From NCBI GenBank assembly GCA_039931165.1, contig JBDTSL010000002.1:71134-135133 (forward strand): 64,000 bases of DNA, read 5' to 3'. Under the pieces are notes generated by a model. It worked only from the letters and a program-made list of their open reading frames with translations, was not told the origin of the DNA and did no database searches. Position 1 is the stretch's first letter; every line of letters starts with the position of its first letter. The DNA comes from Candidatus Doudnabacteria bacterium. Lineage in GTDB: Bacteria; Patescibacteriota; Doudnabacteria; UBA920; O2-02-FULL-48-8. Positions 48,534 through 57,667 of the stretch are shown piece by piece. The translations under genes and the position numbers were made by a program.

Positions 48534-48557
48534 TAGATACATTAAATAAAAATAATC

Positions 48558-48684
48558 CGAATTTGCGAGGAGCCCTGTACCAGCGCTCGGTACGGGGCGA
48601 CGAAGCAATCTATTCATTAGGATAGACTACCGCGCGACCGCCATGATTAAGACTCAAAAGATATAGCGGTCGCTCGCAGATGCG
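48558..48684 (+). repeat. RPE-like palindromic element with a nested hairpin
   Basis: TTTGCGAGGAGC[CCTGTACC...GGTACGGG]GCGACGAAGCAATC...CGCTCGCAGAT. Confidence 0.85.
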
Positions 48685-48699
48685 TAAAAGTTAAAATAT

Positions 48700-48921
48700 A
48701 TGACACCATATCAACCAACCTCCCTCTGGCCCACCATCCTGGCTCTGGTTTTCTATATCCTCATGGCCGCGTACGTCCTCTACAGCCTGCTGGCAATTTA
48801 CGCCCTGGTGAAATTCGGCCGGTCCAAAGGCCTGGCGATCCTGGTCTCGCTTTTTTACCTGGCGATTTCATCGGGCCTGTACGCGGCAGCCGTGATAAAC
48901 CTGAATAATATTAAATTTTAA
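48700..48921 (+). CDS. Small two-TM membrane protein
   Basis: 73 aa with two hydrophobic helices. Confidence 0.75.
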   Translation: MTPYQPTSLWPTILALVFYILMAAYVLYSLLAIYALVKFGRSKGLAILVSLFYLAISSGLYAAAVINLNNIKF

Positions 48922-48946
48922 TCTTCTATTTTCTATTTTCTAGCTT

Positions 48947-49516
48947 ATGAATTGGCCTAGCTTCAAACCTTCTTTTTTCCCCGGACAGCAGGAGAACGAA
49001 AGAATCTGCCTGGTGGTGCGCGAACACTGGATGGTCCTGTTCTTCCGCCTTTCTGCCTGGCTGATATTTGCGGCGGTTTTGGTTTTGTCCGACTGGTTTA
49101 TCGGCATGTACCTTCCGGCTCTCAAATCCGACCCTTGGGTTGCGTGGGTCAGCCTGCTGCGCTCCGTCTATCTCATGTTTCTGATGCTCGGACTGCTGAT
49201 CATCTGGGTCATCTATTACCTGAATGTGCAGATCATCACCAATGAGCGCGTGGTGGACATTGAGCAGGATTCGCTTCTGAAGCGGAGAGTGTCCGAACTG
49301 CACTTAAGCCGCTTGGAGGATGTCACCTCCGAGGTCAACGGCATATTCGGCACGTTTCTGAATTACGGCAATGTCTATATCCAGACCGCGGCCGAGACCG
49401 AACGGTTCACATTCTCCCGCGTCCCCGATCCGGCAGCCATCGAAAAAATGATCCTCGACCTGTACGAACAACTGCCGGAAAACGAAAAACTCCAAAAAGA
49501 ACCGCTAAAAAAATGA
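48947..49516 (+). CDS. Membrane protein with a bacterial PH domain
   Basis: VREHW, two TM segments, IITNERVVDIEQ, NYGNVYIQTA. Confidence 0.85.
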   Translation: MNWPSFKPSFFPGQQENERICLVVREHWMVLFFRLSAWLIFAAVLVLSDWFIGMYLPALKSDPWVAWVSLLRSVYLMFLMLGLLIIWVIYYLNVQIITNERVVDIEQDSLLKRRVSELHLSRLEDVTSEVNGIFGTFLNYGNVYIQTAAETERFTFSRVPDPAAIEKMILDLYEQLPENEKLQKEPLKK

Positions 49517-49540
49517 AAAAAGACTCGAAAGAGTCTTTTT

Positions 49541-49670
49541 TCATCCCGAGGCCGTTTGGCCGAGGGATCTGCAACTTACCGCCGAAAGGCGGTTTTTTCA
49601 TGCATCTGGCATATTCTCTCCCCTTTCAGGGGAGATGTCGCCATAGGCGACAGAGAGGTAGCTACCTCTC
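49541..49670. repeat. Cluster of short GC hairpin elements
   Basis: TCATCCCGAGGCCGTTTGGCCGAGGGATCT; ACCGCCGAAAGGCGGT; CTCCCCTTTCAGGGGAG-ATGTCGCCATAGGCGACA. Confidence 0.65.
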
Positions 49671-49685
49671 CCGAAAAAATCCGAC

Positions 49686-49844
49686 TCAAGGGTTTTTTTT
49701 AGAAAAATCCGCCCAAAGCGACAATACTCCCACAGCGGCGAAAAGCGCCGCTTCCAGCCAATTGTTTTTTTGGACTGCCTCGATCAAAGCAATCCCGAAA
49801 AACAGGATAAAAACCGTAAGATTTGCGAATTTTATATTTTTCAT
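49686..49844 (-). CDS. Small two-TM protein (52 aa, not in the ORF track)
   Basis: MKNIKFANLTVFILFFGIALIEAVQKNNWLEAALFAAVGVLSLWADFSKKNP. Confidence 0.7.
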   Translation of the reverse strand: MKNIKFANLTVFILFFGIALIEAVQKNNWLEAALFAAVGVLSLWADFSKKNP

Positions 49845-49863
49845 AGTTGTAAAAAATTAAGGT

Positions 49864-50103
49864 TTATCTCCGACATTTGGAAAAATTTTGTCAGAATTCG
49901 ACCCGAGGCCCATCCCAGACATTAGCTGGCCTTGGGCTCAGCCCGAGGCCTAATGCTATCGGAAGCTGGGATCTAAACCTGCAGTTTAATACTTAGCCTC
50001 GACCGTTTGAAAAATTTATAGGCAGTTTATTTTCGACACTTGGAAAAATTATGTCAGAATTCGACGCGTGAGCTAAGAATTCTGGATAATTTTTCCCGTG
50101 TCG
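49864..50103. repeat. Iterated CGACANTTGGAAAAATT(A/T)TGTCAGAATTC motif (direct and inverted copies)
   Basis: Copies near 49871, 50000 (partial) and 50034, plus an inverted copy at 50077-50103. Confidence 0.75.
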
Positions 50104-50156
50104 CCAATTTTTGGCGCCACCTTTTGTTTGGCACAAAAGGTGGCATAAAAAAATAA

Positions 50157-50459
50157 CTATTCGCTGGATTTGGATTTGCCGGCTAAATTCGCCAACCCCA
50201 CAGCCACGCAGTGCTGGCAAAAAAATCCTTTGCGGGAACTGCAGGTGCATTTCCATCTCAGCCCGTTCGGTGTGGACTCCAGCATCACGGTCCGGCGCTG
50301 ACCGTCCCCATGCTTGACCCGAGCCTCGATCCTGAAGGTCTTTTTTTCGTGAATTTGCACATCGCCGGCATCCGCGATGGCCTGGCCATAGCGAAAATGC
50401 GACCTGCTCGACAGGTCTTTTAATTCTTCCAAGGTTAACAATGAATTCAGAGGCTTCAT
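50157..50459 (-). CDS. SWIM zinc-finger protein
   Basis: WKCTC...FCQHCVAV. Confidence 0.85.
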   Translation of the reverse strand: MKPLNSLLTLEELKDLSSRSHFRYGQAIADAGDVQIHEKKTFRIEARVKHGDGQRRTVMLESTPNGLRWKCTCSSRKGFFCQHCVAVGLANLAGKSKSSE

Positions 50460-51196
50460 GAATTTGCTTTAGCCAGCGCCAAAATATCCTTTTGGTACTC
50501 GCAGTCTTCGCAGTCAGCCGTATATTTCGGGAGCTTATCACTATGCAGTAATTTCTTAATATCCATCAGCGCCTTCTCTATCCATTTATCGCTTCCTTTG
50601 TATGGCAGAACCGTGATCTCAAAATCAAGCCTTCCGTCAAAAGCCTTTCTGTCTTTTTTACCGTTGCAATACACAAAGTACCCGGTATTGGAAACCTTGA
50701 AGCCATTCATCCGCAGAAGCCACTGGTAAACTTCCATCTGCCGCTTATAACTCATCTGCCAGTCGGCATCCAGCGTTACTTCGTCATTTTTTGATGTGGC
50801 CTTGTAATCGGCCACGATCAGCTCCCCGTTTGGCTTGACCCAAACATCATCCACCGCGCCGGTAACATAGAGATTGGTTTTTTTATGGTGAAATTGTACG
50901 CCTTTAAAATTTTCCCTCCATTCATTCATCTTTTCATGCGGAAACGGAACCGCATCAATCCCGTATTTTTTTAACAGCGGGTGCTTGCTGCCCTTGGCGC
51001 GATGAGCATCGAATTCCTGTTTCAATAAATAGTCTACCGCGTTATTCAGGGTATACGGAGCGCAGCCCGACGGGCCGATGTTCAGTTTTCTGTCCAGATA
51101 AAAACACCGCGGACAGCGGACAAAGCCTTCTATCCCCGACCGGCTCATTTTATATGAATCAAGCGAGTCTTTATCGTATTTTCCTCGATATGGCAT
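50456..51196 (-). CDS. PD-(D/E)XK nuclease (Cas4/AddB-like)
   Basis: CPRC, GAVDD, ADYKAT, QMEVYQ, CEDC. Confidence 0.88.
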   Translation of the reverse strand: MPYRGKYDKDSLDSYKMSRSGIEGFVRCPRCFYLDRKLNIGPSGCAPYTLNNAVDYLLKQEFDAHRAKGSKHPLLKKYGIDAVPFPHEKMNEWRENFKGVQFHHKKTNLYVTGAVDDVWVKPNGELIVADYKATSKNDEVTLDADWQMSYKRQMEVYQWLLRMNGFKVSNTGYFVYCNGKKDRKAFDGRLDFEITVLPYKGSDKWIEKALMDIKKLLHSDKLPKYTADCEDCEYQKDILALAKANS

Positions 51197-51233
51197 ATAT
51201 CCTATGTAATTAAAAGCGAAGCTGGCGCGCCGC

Positions 51234-51632
51234 CTACTTATTCAAATAAGTAATTGTTAGTTGTAAGACCGTCGCGAACGATACCCACAGAAGATATGGA
51301 ATATTGGCATAGACAATCCACCGAAAATGCGGATAAATGGCCACCAGCGCCCAGATGAGCGTAGCGAGCACCAGTACTATATCTATAGCCGCGAGCAGAT
51401 TATTTTTTAACCCGAACTGCAAAGGAGTAAAAGCAAAATTAAAAATCAGGTTAAGTACGAACGGCAAGGCGACTATCCAAGGTAATTTTCCGGTAAAAGT
51501 TTTGTAGAAAACAGTGCCGAAACTAACCGCAATGATCGCGTACAGCACTGTCCACACCGGGCCGAAAAGCCAGCTCGGCGGCGCCCACGCCGGCTTTATG
51601 AGAGTTGAATACCAATTGTAAGCTTTATTCAT
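51234..51632 (-). CDS. tspO: TspO/MBR-family protein
   Basis: WYSTLIKPAWAPPSWLFGPVWTVLY...PYLLWVSFA. Confidence 0.93.
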   Translation of the reverse strand: MNKAYNWYSTLIKPAWAPPSWLFGPVWTVLYAIIAVSFGTVFYKTFTGKLPWIVALPFVLNLIFNFAFTPLQFGLKNNLLAAIDIVLVLATLIWALVAIYPHFRWIVYANIPYLLWVSFATVLQLTITYLNK

Positions 51633-51754
51633 ATTGGTTTAATTATAAATTATTTTTTCGAATTACGCCTGCCTGCCGGCAGACGGGTAATTGCCGCCGG
51701 AGGACATGAGCTTTCTCGGACTCAGCCCGAGCACAATGCTCTCGGGTCCGCACC

Positions 51755-51835
51755 TGTGGATAACTTGACATCTAAGGTCTACCTATGCTATAATTGAAAT
51801 ATAAATGGGGACTGCGTAGCGGGCCCCGTTTTTTA
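51755..51835 (+). promoter_or_regulatory. DnaA box + consensus promoter + immediate hairpin/T-tract
   Basis: TGTGGATAA at 51755-51763; TTGACA-N18-TATAAT with TG extension; GGGGACTGC-GTA-GCGGGCCCC then a T-run. Confidence 0.6.
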
Positions 51836-51899
51836 TTTTGGAAAAATCATAATTCCATGTCCTATAATCTTGCCTTTTGAATCTTTTCTTAGTTTACTC

Positions 51900-52004
51900 T
51901 TAATAACTTGAAAATCTTCTTTGCTTTGTTATTTTATATATCTCATCCACCAACTGCATGGATTTCTGCCACACTATCAAGTCTTTGAAATTATGTATAG
52001 TCAT
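51900..52004 (-). pseudogene. Truncated four-helix-bundle (23S rRNA IVS / Avd-like) gene
   Basis: MTIHNFKDLIVWQKSMQLVDEIYKITKQ is the family N-terminus; similarity is lost afterwards and it stops at 34 aa. Confidence 0.8.
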
Positions 52005-52014
52005 GGTTTTACTT

Positions 52015-52148
52015 AGGGTGGAGGTTTGAGCGCCCAGCGCGCGGTAGGTTTGAGGTTTCAGCGCCCACCCGAGGGTTCATTCTGAGCGCTCCCCCCTGCA
52101 CCCTGACCCCTACTTTCCTGACCCCTCGGCGCTGACCCCTTCCCCTGG
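52015..52148. repeat. GC-rich degenerate periodic array upstream of the four-helix-bundle remnant
   Basis: GAGGTTTGAGCGCCC / AGGTTTGAGGTTTCAGCGCCC, then CTGACCCCT three times. Confidence 0.7.
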
Positions 52149-52152
52149 CAAT

Positions 52153-52515
52153 CTACCCTCTTTTTCGAACGTTTACTTTTATATAACTTATTTTCGGAAT
52201 TCTTTTTAGAAATGCTCTATTTTTTGACATAATAGTTACTTTGGCGACCTTGCGGCCAGAATGCCATCCAAGCTTAGGCGCGCCATTTACTCTCGGAGCG
52301 TTCACAAATTTTGTATGATTACAATTTTTACAGGCTGTAACGAAATTTTCAATTCCATCATATCCACCCTTACTGACTGGAATGATATGGTCTACGTTCA
52401 ATGAACTAGATTTCTTCCGAACACCGCAATAACCGCAAATATATTTATCCCTGATATATACTCGCTTTCTGAGTGCTGGCTGGATAGTCTTTCTTGTTTT
52501 ATCCCTAAATGCCAT
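52153..52515 (-). CDS. HNH endonuclease
   Basis: RD.YICGYCG...VDHIIP.SKGG...N.VTAC..CN..K. Confidence 0.92.
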   Translation of the reverse strand: MAFRDKTRKTIQPALRKRVYIRDKYICGYCGVRKKSSSLNVDHIIPVSKGGYDGIENFVTACKNCNHTKFVNAPRVNGAPKLGWHSGRKVAKVTIMSKNRAFLKRIPKISYIKVNVRKRG

Positions 52516-52641
52516 TTGTTTTCTTTAAATTACTTCCTTGGCAATCCTCACCACTTTCGCAATATTTTTTTTCATATTTTAATTATTGAAATTTTAATAA
52601 ATATAATAACAACTTCTGATTAAAGTTCTCAGGCTAAGAAT

Positions 52642-54078
52642 TTATGCTTCCAAATCAGCATTCTCTAATACAATAAGTGCCTTATTCTTATCAACTAAAT
52701 TCAAATTAAATCCTGTTTCGTCATAAGATAATCCATGTACCCACCCAATTGCAGACATTGTGTGCTTAGCGTGTTTTAGATAATTACCTCTCACGTTCTT
52801 TGCTGTTACCCCTTTAGTTTTATCGAACTGTTTATTGAATTGTTTAATAAGTAATTCTTGCTCAGGCTGGGTTAATTTTCTAAACATGAGTACCAAATCA
52901 CGAATAAATAATAAATCAGTCATAGAATCAGCGTGCATTACAAATAGATAAAATTCTTCCAAACTTATATATTCTAGTTCTAACAATAACTTTATTATAA
53001 AACTTACCATATTTACTCCACCCCAAGTCATCATGGATGTGTTATTAGTATAAATATCTTTCTCACAATCCAAATTCTTACAAACAGCAAATTTAATACC
53101 CGATTCTGTTAAGGTTAATTTGGAGTTATCTTCTTTATTCTTATTCTTGAGTAAATGGGTTGCTAATCCCAACCTTATTAAATAATTTTTTTCTTGCCTA
53201 ATAAATAAGTCTCTAGGTCTTGTTTTATGTTTTTTCTTTTTAAATTTAATTTTAAGGCTGTTAAGAATAGTTATTAATTCTTTACTTTTTTTTGATATAT
53301 CAATATAACCCTTTTTACCTAACTTAGACTTAATTAAGATAACAATTTTTTTTAAGTTGGAGACTAAATTATTATCAATGTAGCCTTGGTCTGGAATAAT
53401 GTACCACCCTCTCCAGAGTGAATTTGTAAAATCACTTTTCACCTGTTTTTTCTTTTTAGAAATACCTATCCAAGATTTAATAAAATCAAACAGTACTTTT
53501 GATACTTTTTTGCTTTCGCTAGAAAATTTAACAATTTCAATTTCTTTTTTCACTTCTCGTTTTAGTCGCTCTCTATCCTGCCATTCTTTAAGAATTACAT
53601 CAGTTACTTCAAAACACTTATCATTATCCCAAAGATATTCAAAAAACATTAAAGATTGTTCAACTGTATTGTTTTTATTTGATTCGGGATCAATAAATAT
53701 ACTCGCTTCTACATTCTGCAAAAAAGCCGCTCTACTAAAGTTTGCAGATCCAACCAAACAGACCCAGGCTCCATTTTTTTCGGAAAGCCACATTTTAGGA
53801 TGAAAGGTGCCTGCTTCAAATTTGCATATTTTAACTTCAACTCCAACCCCTATCAACCTTCTAATTGCTGTTGGTTGAGTTATATCCATATCATTGCTAC
53901 ATATAATTCTAATGTCTCCCTTATTGATAATGATGGATTTCAAATCATCAATTAACATATCAACACCACTATTTCTAATATATGCTACAGCCAAAAATAA
54001 CTTATCGCTATCTTTTAATAGTTCCTTTATCTTTTTTAGATGATTGGGTAGAGAAATGATCTGATTTTGAATAAACAT
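52642..54078 (-). CDS. Phospholipase D (HKD)-family restriction endonuclease-like protein
   Basis: AVAYIRNSG, FHPKMW, VGSANFS, NVEA. Confidence 0.85.
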   Translation of the reverse strand: MFIQNQIISLPNHLKKIKELLKDSDKLFLAVAYIRNSGVDMLIDDLKSIIINKGDIRIICSNDMDITQPTAIRRLIGVGVEVKICKFEAGTFHPKMWLSEKNGAWVCLVGSANFSRAAFLQNVEASIFIDPESNKNNTVEQSLMFFEYLWDNDKCFEVTDVILKEWQDRERLKREVKKEIEIVKFSSESKKVSKVLFDFIKSWIGISKKKKQVKSDFTNSLWRGWYIIPDQGYIDNNLVSNLKKIVILIKSKLGKKGYIDISKKSKELITILNSLKIKFKKKKHKTRPRDLFIRQEKNYLIRLGLATHLLKNKNKEDNSKLTLTESGIKFAVCKNLDCEKDIYTNNTSMMTWGGVNMVSFIIKLLLELEYISLEEFYLFVMHADSMTDLLFIRDLVLMFRKLTQPEQELLIKQFNKQFDKTKGVTAKNVRGNYLKHAKHTMSAIGWVHGLSYDETGFNLNLVDKNKALIVLENADLEA

Positions 54079-54087
54079 AAGGACTAT

Positions 54088-55332
54088 TCAATATTTAACC
54101 AAGTATTCATAAATATCTTTTAATAATTCTCGATTGTAGTTTTTCATTCCACCAGCGAGATCACCTTTATACTTAACATTTTTTCCGTTTTCGGCATGAA
54201 TAAAATTATGATCGAAATCTTCAAGATCTATTTCGTTTTCTGTTATATTAAGAATCATATTCCGGTTTCCATTTTTCCCTATTTCGGCATGCTTATTCTT
54301 TTCTAGGTATAATAAATTTTTCCAATGATCAATCATTTTTAGTTCTTCTTTGTTACGAGCTGCATTAAAAGGAACAATATGATGCAATTCAAAACTAATG
54401 GATCGCTTTATGCTGTGTTTCACAAAATATTCTTGTTTAGCTCCTAGGCTTCTGAGCTGAACTCTGACATCAGAAAATAAACCATAACGGCCCGTATTTA
54501 AAGTTAAACTATTACGAGTAATTTCAAAATATACAGTATTTTTTAAAAGGCTAAATATTTGTTGGGACTCGTTCTTCCAATTATGGAAATCGCGGTCGTC
54601 CGTTTTGGATCCAGAAAAATTAACTGGATTGCAATATAGCTTTATTAAATCTATGGCTTTATTTTGCTGCCAACGCTTTAAACTACGATAAGAATCAATG
54701 AGTACAATCTTAAACTCTTTGGGAACCCCTTTTCTGTCATCAGATAAAATAAACATAAACTCATAAATACCTATCGGATCGTTTTTATAATTACTATAAT
54801 ATAAAGTTTCCGCTAACTGAGTTATTTGATCTTGAAATAAAACATCTAGCGCATCGGTGAAAACCTTATATTTGATCGAAATAGATCTGGTTGTGGCGAA
54901 TTCAGTAGCTTTTTTAGTTAACCCGCAATAGAAAATTTGACCTCGTGTCCCAATATCTAAGAGGTTTTCATTTTTATCATATCTATCCAAAAAACCCATT
55001 CTTTGAAAATCAACAAAAAAATTTTTCTTAATAGAATTAACTGTCCCAATTCCTATACTACTTTTAACTTTTTTAACTATTTCATAATACTGTACACAAT
55101 CCCTCTCCCTCGTACCATCATCATCACCTAAGGGTATCCTGAATTTACTATTCCCTACTACACTATGAATTGCCTCAACTATTCCAGATAACCTATCCAA
55201 ATCATATCTATTGTGTTGGGATATATGTAACCCGCGATAATCCTTATCTTTTATTCTTTCAACTATATAATGCAAAAATAAGTTATCTTTGTCTATCGAT
55301 AATATTTCTTTCAGAATATTATTTACGTTCAT
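54088..55332 (-). CDS. Type IIS HNH restriction endonuclease, MboII-like
   Basis: YRGLHISQHNRYDL, KNFFVDFQRMG and ELHHIVP resemble R.MboII (recognised from memory). Confidence 0.8.
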   Translation of the reverse strand: MNVNNILKEILSIDKDNLFLHYIVERIKDKDYRGLHISQHNRYDLDRLSGIVEAIHSVVGNSKFRIPLGDDDGTRERDCVQYYEIVKKVKSSIGIGTVNSIKKNFFVDFQRMGFLDRYDKNENLLDIGTRGQIFYCGLTKKATEFATTRSISIKYKVFTDALDVLFQDQITQLAETLYYSNYKNDPIGIYEFMFILSDDRKGVPKEFKIVLIDSYRSLKRWQQNKAIDLIKLYCNPVNFSGSKTDDRDFHNWKNESQQIFSLLKNTVYFEITRNSLTLNTGRYGLFSDVRVQLRSLGAKQEYFVKHSIKRSISFELHHIVPFNAARNKEELKMIDHWKNLLYLEKNKHAEIGKNGNRNMILNITENEIDLEDFDHNFIHAENGKNVKYKGDLAGGMKNYNRELLKDIYEYLVKY

Positions 55333-56110
55333 TTTTATTCAAACTCTTGAGACGATTACTGGCTATTTTAACATACTCCTTATCTGAATCATTACCAACA
55401 AAATTACGTCCTAGTTTCGTGGCGGCCACAGCAGTTGTACCGCTACCTATAAAACAATCCAATACTAAATCACCTTTATTAGAACTCGCCAAAACCATCC
55501 TCTCAATCATATCTAAAGGCTTCGGGGTCAAATGAGGCAGCTTCTGTACCTTACCATTAACCTTGTGCTTGTGTCTTTCACTGGTTATATGCCAAACTTC
55601 GCCTACTACCTTGCCTTTTTCATTAGGAAACCATCTTTTCCCGTTTTTTAGGATTCCTCTAACCTTCGCATGTTCAATTCTCTCTGTTGAATCATAGGGT
55701 ACTCTTACATCATTATAATTAAAAGTGTGGTTATGCTCTTTGGTGAAAAAAAGAATAGTTTCTTGACCATTACTGTACCTTTGCTTTGCGCTACCTAAAC
55801 CGTCGCGTTTATCCCATGTTATCCAATTTTGGAATACTAATCTTCTTTTTATTAAATACTCTAAAATAAATGCTGAATTGTATGGTGTATTAAATATATA
55901 AATGCTGGAATCTTTCTTAAGTTTTGGAATGAGTGCGTCTATCCATTTAAATGTAAACTCTAAAAACTTTTTATGGTTTCTAAAAGTATCCCAATCCGCC
56001 TTATGCATATTATAAGGGGGATCTAATATAGCCAAATTAACAGTATTATTATCAATTTGTTTTAAAAAATCAAAGCAATCTAAATTGTAAATTTTGTTAA
56101 TTTTAAGCAT
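55319..56110 (-). CDS. Beta-class N6-adenine DNA methyltransferase, M1.MboII-like
   Basis: DPPY...WITWDKRDG...GILKNGKRWFPN...TPKP...DCFIGSGTT. Confidence 0.9.
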   Translation of the reverse strand: MLKINKIYNLDCFDFLKQIDNNTVNLAILDPPYNMHKADWDTFRNHKKFLEFTFKWIDALIPKLKKDSSIYIFNTPYNSAFILEYLIKRRLVFQNWITWDKRDGLGSAKQRYSNGQETILFFTKEHNHTFNYNDVRVPYDSTERIEHAKVRGILKNGKRWFPNEKGKVVGEVWHITSERHKHKVNGKVQKLPHLTPKPLDMIERMVLASSNKGDLVLDCFIGSGTTAVAATKLGRNFVGNDSDKEYVKIASNRLKSLNKNERK

Positions 56111-56726
56111 TTATTATAAATTCTTTTAAAATTTCACTCATTGGTTCTAAGTCTGGAACTGCTTTTGTGTAAGCAGGATTAGGCATCCAGCTTGCAAGTG
56201 GAGGTAGCCCAATTGAGTACCCAGCAAGGCATACACTTTTGTCGTCATCTAATAAAAATGCTTGTACATAAAAATCTGCCTTTGAATTTTGTTTTTGATC
56301 AATTAATAAATTAAGGGGCATTCCGTTTAATTTTAGTCCTTTAAATATTTGGTCTAAAGATACTTTATTATTTTCGTAAGTTTTTATATCAATGGTCTTA
56401 TTTTTGATTTTAAACTCAAATCCCTCATCAAATTTCCCAATGACAATCCCATAAGAAAACTCTACTCTTTTATGAAGTATTTGCCATCTGTCTAGGGGTT
56501 CAATCGCTCCAAAATTATTATTGAGGTAACTAAAAATATATTCTAAAAATGCAAGTTCGCCTAAAATTCCCGTCTTAATTTTATTGATATGTGATATTTT
56601 TTCGTAACTACCATAGCCCCGGCGTGGATATTCAAATAAACTCCTTTTCTCGGCCACATACTCGGCCACATGGTTCATCTCGTCTGTTATAGCTATAACT
56701 ATTAGATTACTCTTATTTACAGACAT
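56103..56726 (-). CDS. Hypothetical protein, possible PD-(D/E)XK nuclease
   Basis: GILGELAF...FDEG...TIDIKT; overlaps both methyltransferase genes. Confidence 0.55.
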   Translation of the reverse strand: MSVNKSNLIVIAITDEMNHVAEYVAEKRSLFEYPRRGYGSYEKISHINKIKTGILGELAFLEYIFSYLNNNFGAIEPLDRWQILHKRVEFSYGIVIGKFDEGFEFKIKNKTIDIKTYENNKVSLDQIFKGLKLNGMPLNLLIDQKQNSKADFYVQAFLLDDDKSVCLAGYSIGLPPLASWMPNPAYTKAVPDLEPMSEILKEFIINA

Positions 56727-57556
56727 AATTTTAATTTGATAACTTTTTCATAACTCTTGGAGATTTCATAACCAACATATTTCCTATCTAACTCCTTGGC
56801 CACTTTTAATGTAGTCCCGGAACCGACAAATGGGTCTAGAATGAGTTCTCCAACGAAACTATAAAGTCTAACACATCTTTTAACTATTTCCTCTGGCATA
56901 ATTGCTGAATGCTCACCAAAGGCAATGTCCCCTCTGCCTGGGATTGGAATATTCCAGATTTGCTTTGTATATTCTATCCACTCCTTCTGAGTCAATTTGC
57001 TTCGTTCTTTTATTTTATGAGTAAAATTATTTTCAGGGATACCATCCTTGACATAAATTGTAATAAACTCTGTCGTATTCTGGGCATAAAAATTTCTAGG
57101 AAATGGGTAGCTCCCAAACATAAGTCTTTTACTAGGATTTGTTCTATTCCAAATAAATAAATCCATTAAATATAAATTGGTATTTCTTAAAATAGAATGC
57201 TGAATATCGCTATTGATATCAAAAATATGCCTATTATAATGTGTAGTCATGTTCTTTTTCAAAATTGGCATTAAGGGGCTATTTATAGCGATTTTTCCAT
57301 TCGGTTTCAGCACACGATGGCATTCTTCCCAAACTTTTAGCATCTCTTCAATGTATTTATTATATTCCGGAATGTCTCCTATTTGGCCATTTACTTTTTC
57401 CGATGTTTTATTCTTTTGATAACCATCGAGTGAATAATCCTTAATGTTAAAATAGGGCGGGCTGGTGACGATGAGCTGAACAGAATTATCTGGAAGCTCT
57501 TTCATCATTCGCGCGTCCTTAAAGAATACCTTATTTATGTAATCAATTTGTTTCAT
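56717..57556 (-). CDS. Beta-class N4-cytosine DNA methyltransferase (M2-type partner)
   Basis: VTSPPY...HSAIMP...LDPFVGSGTT. Confidence 0.9.
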   Translation of the reverse strand: MKQIDYINKVFFKDARMMKELPDNSVQLIVTSPPYFNIKDYSLDGYQKNKTSEKVNGQIGDIPEYNKYIEEMLKVWEECHRVLKPNGKIAINSPLMPILKKNMTTHYNRHIFDINSDIQHSILRNTNLYLMDLFIWNRTNPSKRLMFGSYPFPRNFYAQNTTEFITIYVKDGIPENNFTHKIKERSKLTQKEWIEYTKQIWNIPIPGRGDIAFGEHSAIMPEEIVKRCVRLYSFVGELILDPFVGSGTTLKVAKELDRKYVGYEISKSYEKVIKLKLCL

Positions 57557-57667
57557 CGATACCTACTGACGCTACTATAATGCCATAAAAACTCTAGATT
57601 GACAATAAAAATAGCGGCGTTTTTTCTGCAAAAAGTCAAATTCATTCCCTCAAGATTAAAGCTTAGA

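Noticed and set aside
49513-49860. 115-aa plus-strand ORF
   Set aside because: It reads through hairpin repeats and is antisense to a more plausible 52-aa membrane protein.
50034-50103. Integron attC site
   Set aside because: Bulged hairpin, but no clear RYYYAAC/GTTRRRY ends and no integrase; kept only as an unexplained repeat.
51755-51763. Replication origin
   Set aside because: A single DnaA box with no cluster; oriC more likely lies beyond the right edge near dnaA-dnaN.
51900-52004. Diversity-generating retroelement
   Set aside because: Only an Avd-like fragment; no reverse transcriptase and no TR/VR pair with adenine-specific mismatches seen.
52525-52575. 16-aa minus-strand ORF MKKNIAKVVRIAKEVI
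   Set aside because: Too short to support; may be a gene remnant or chance.
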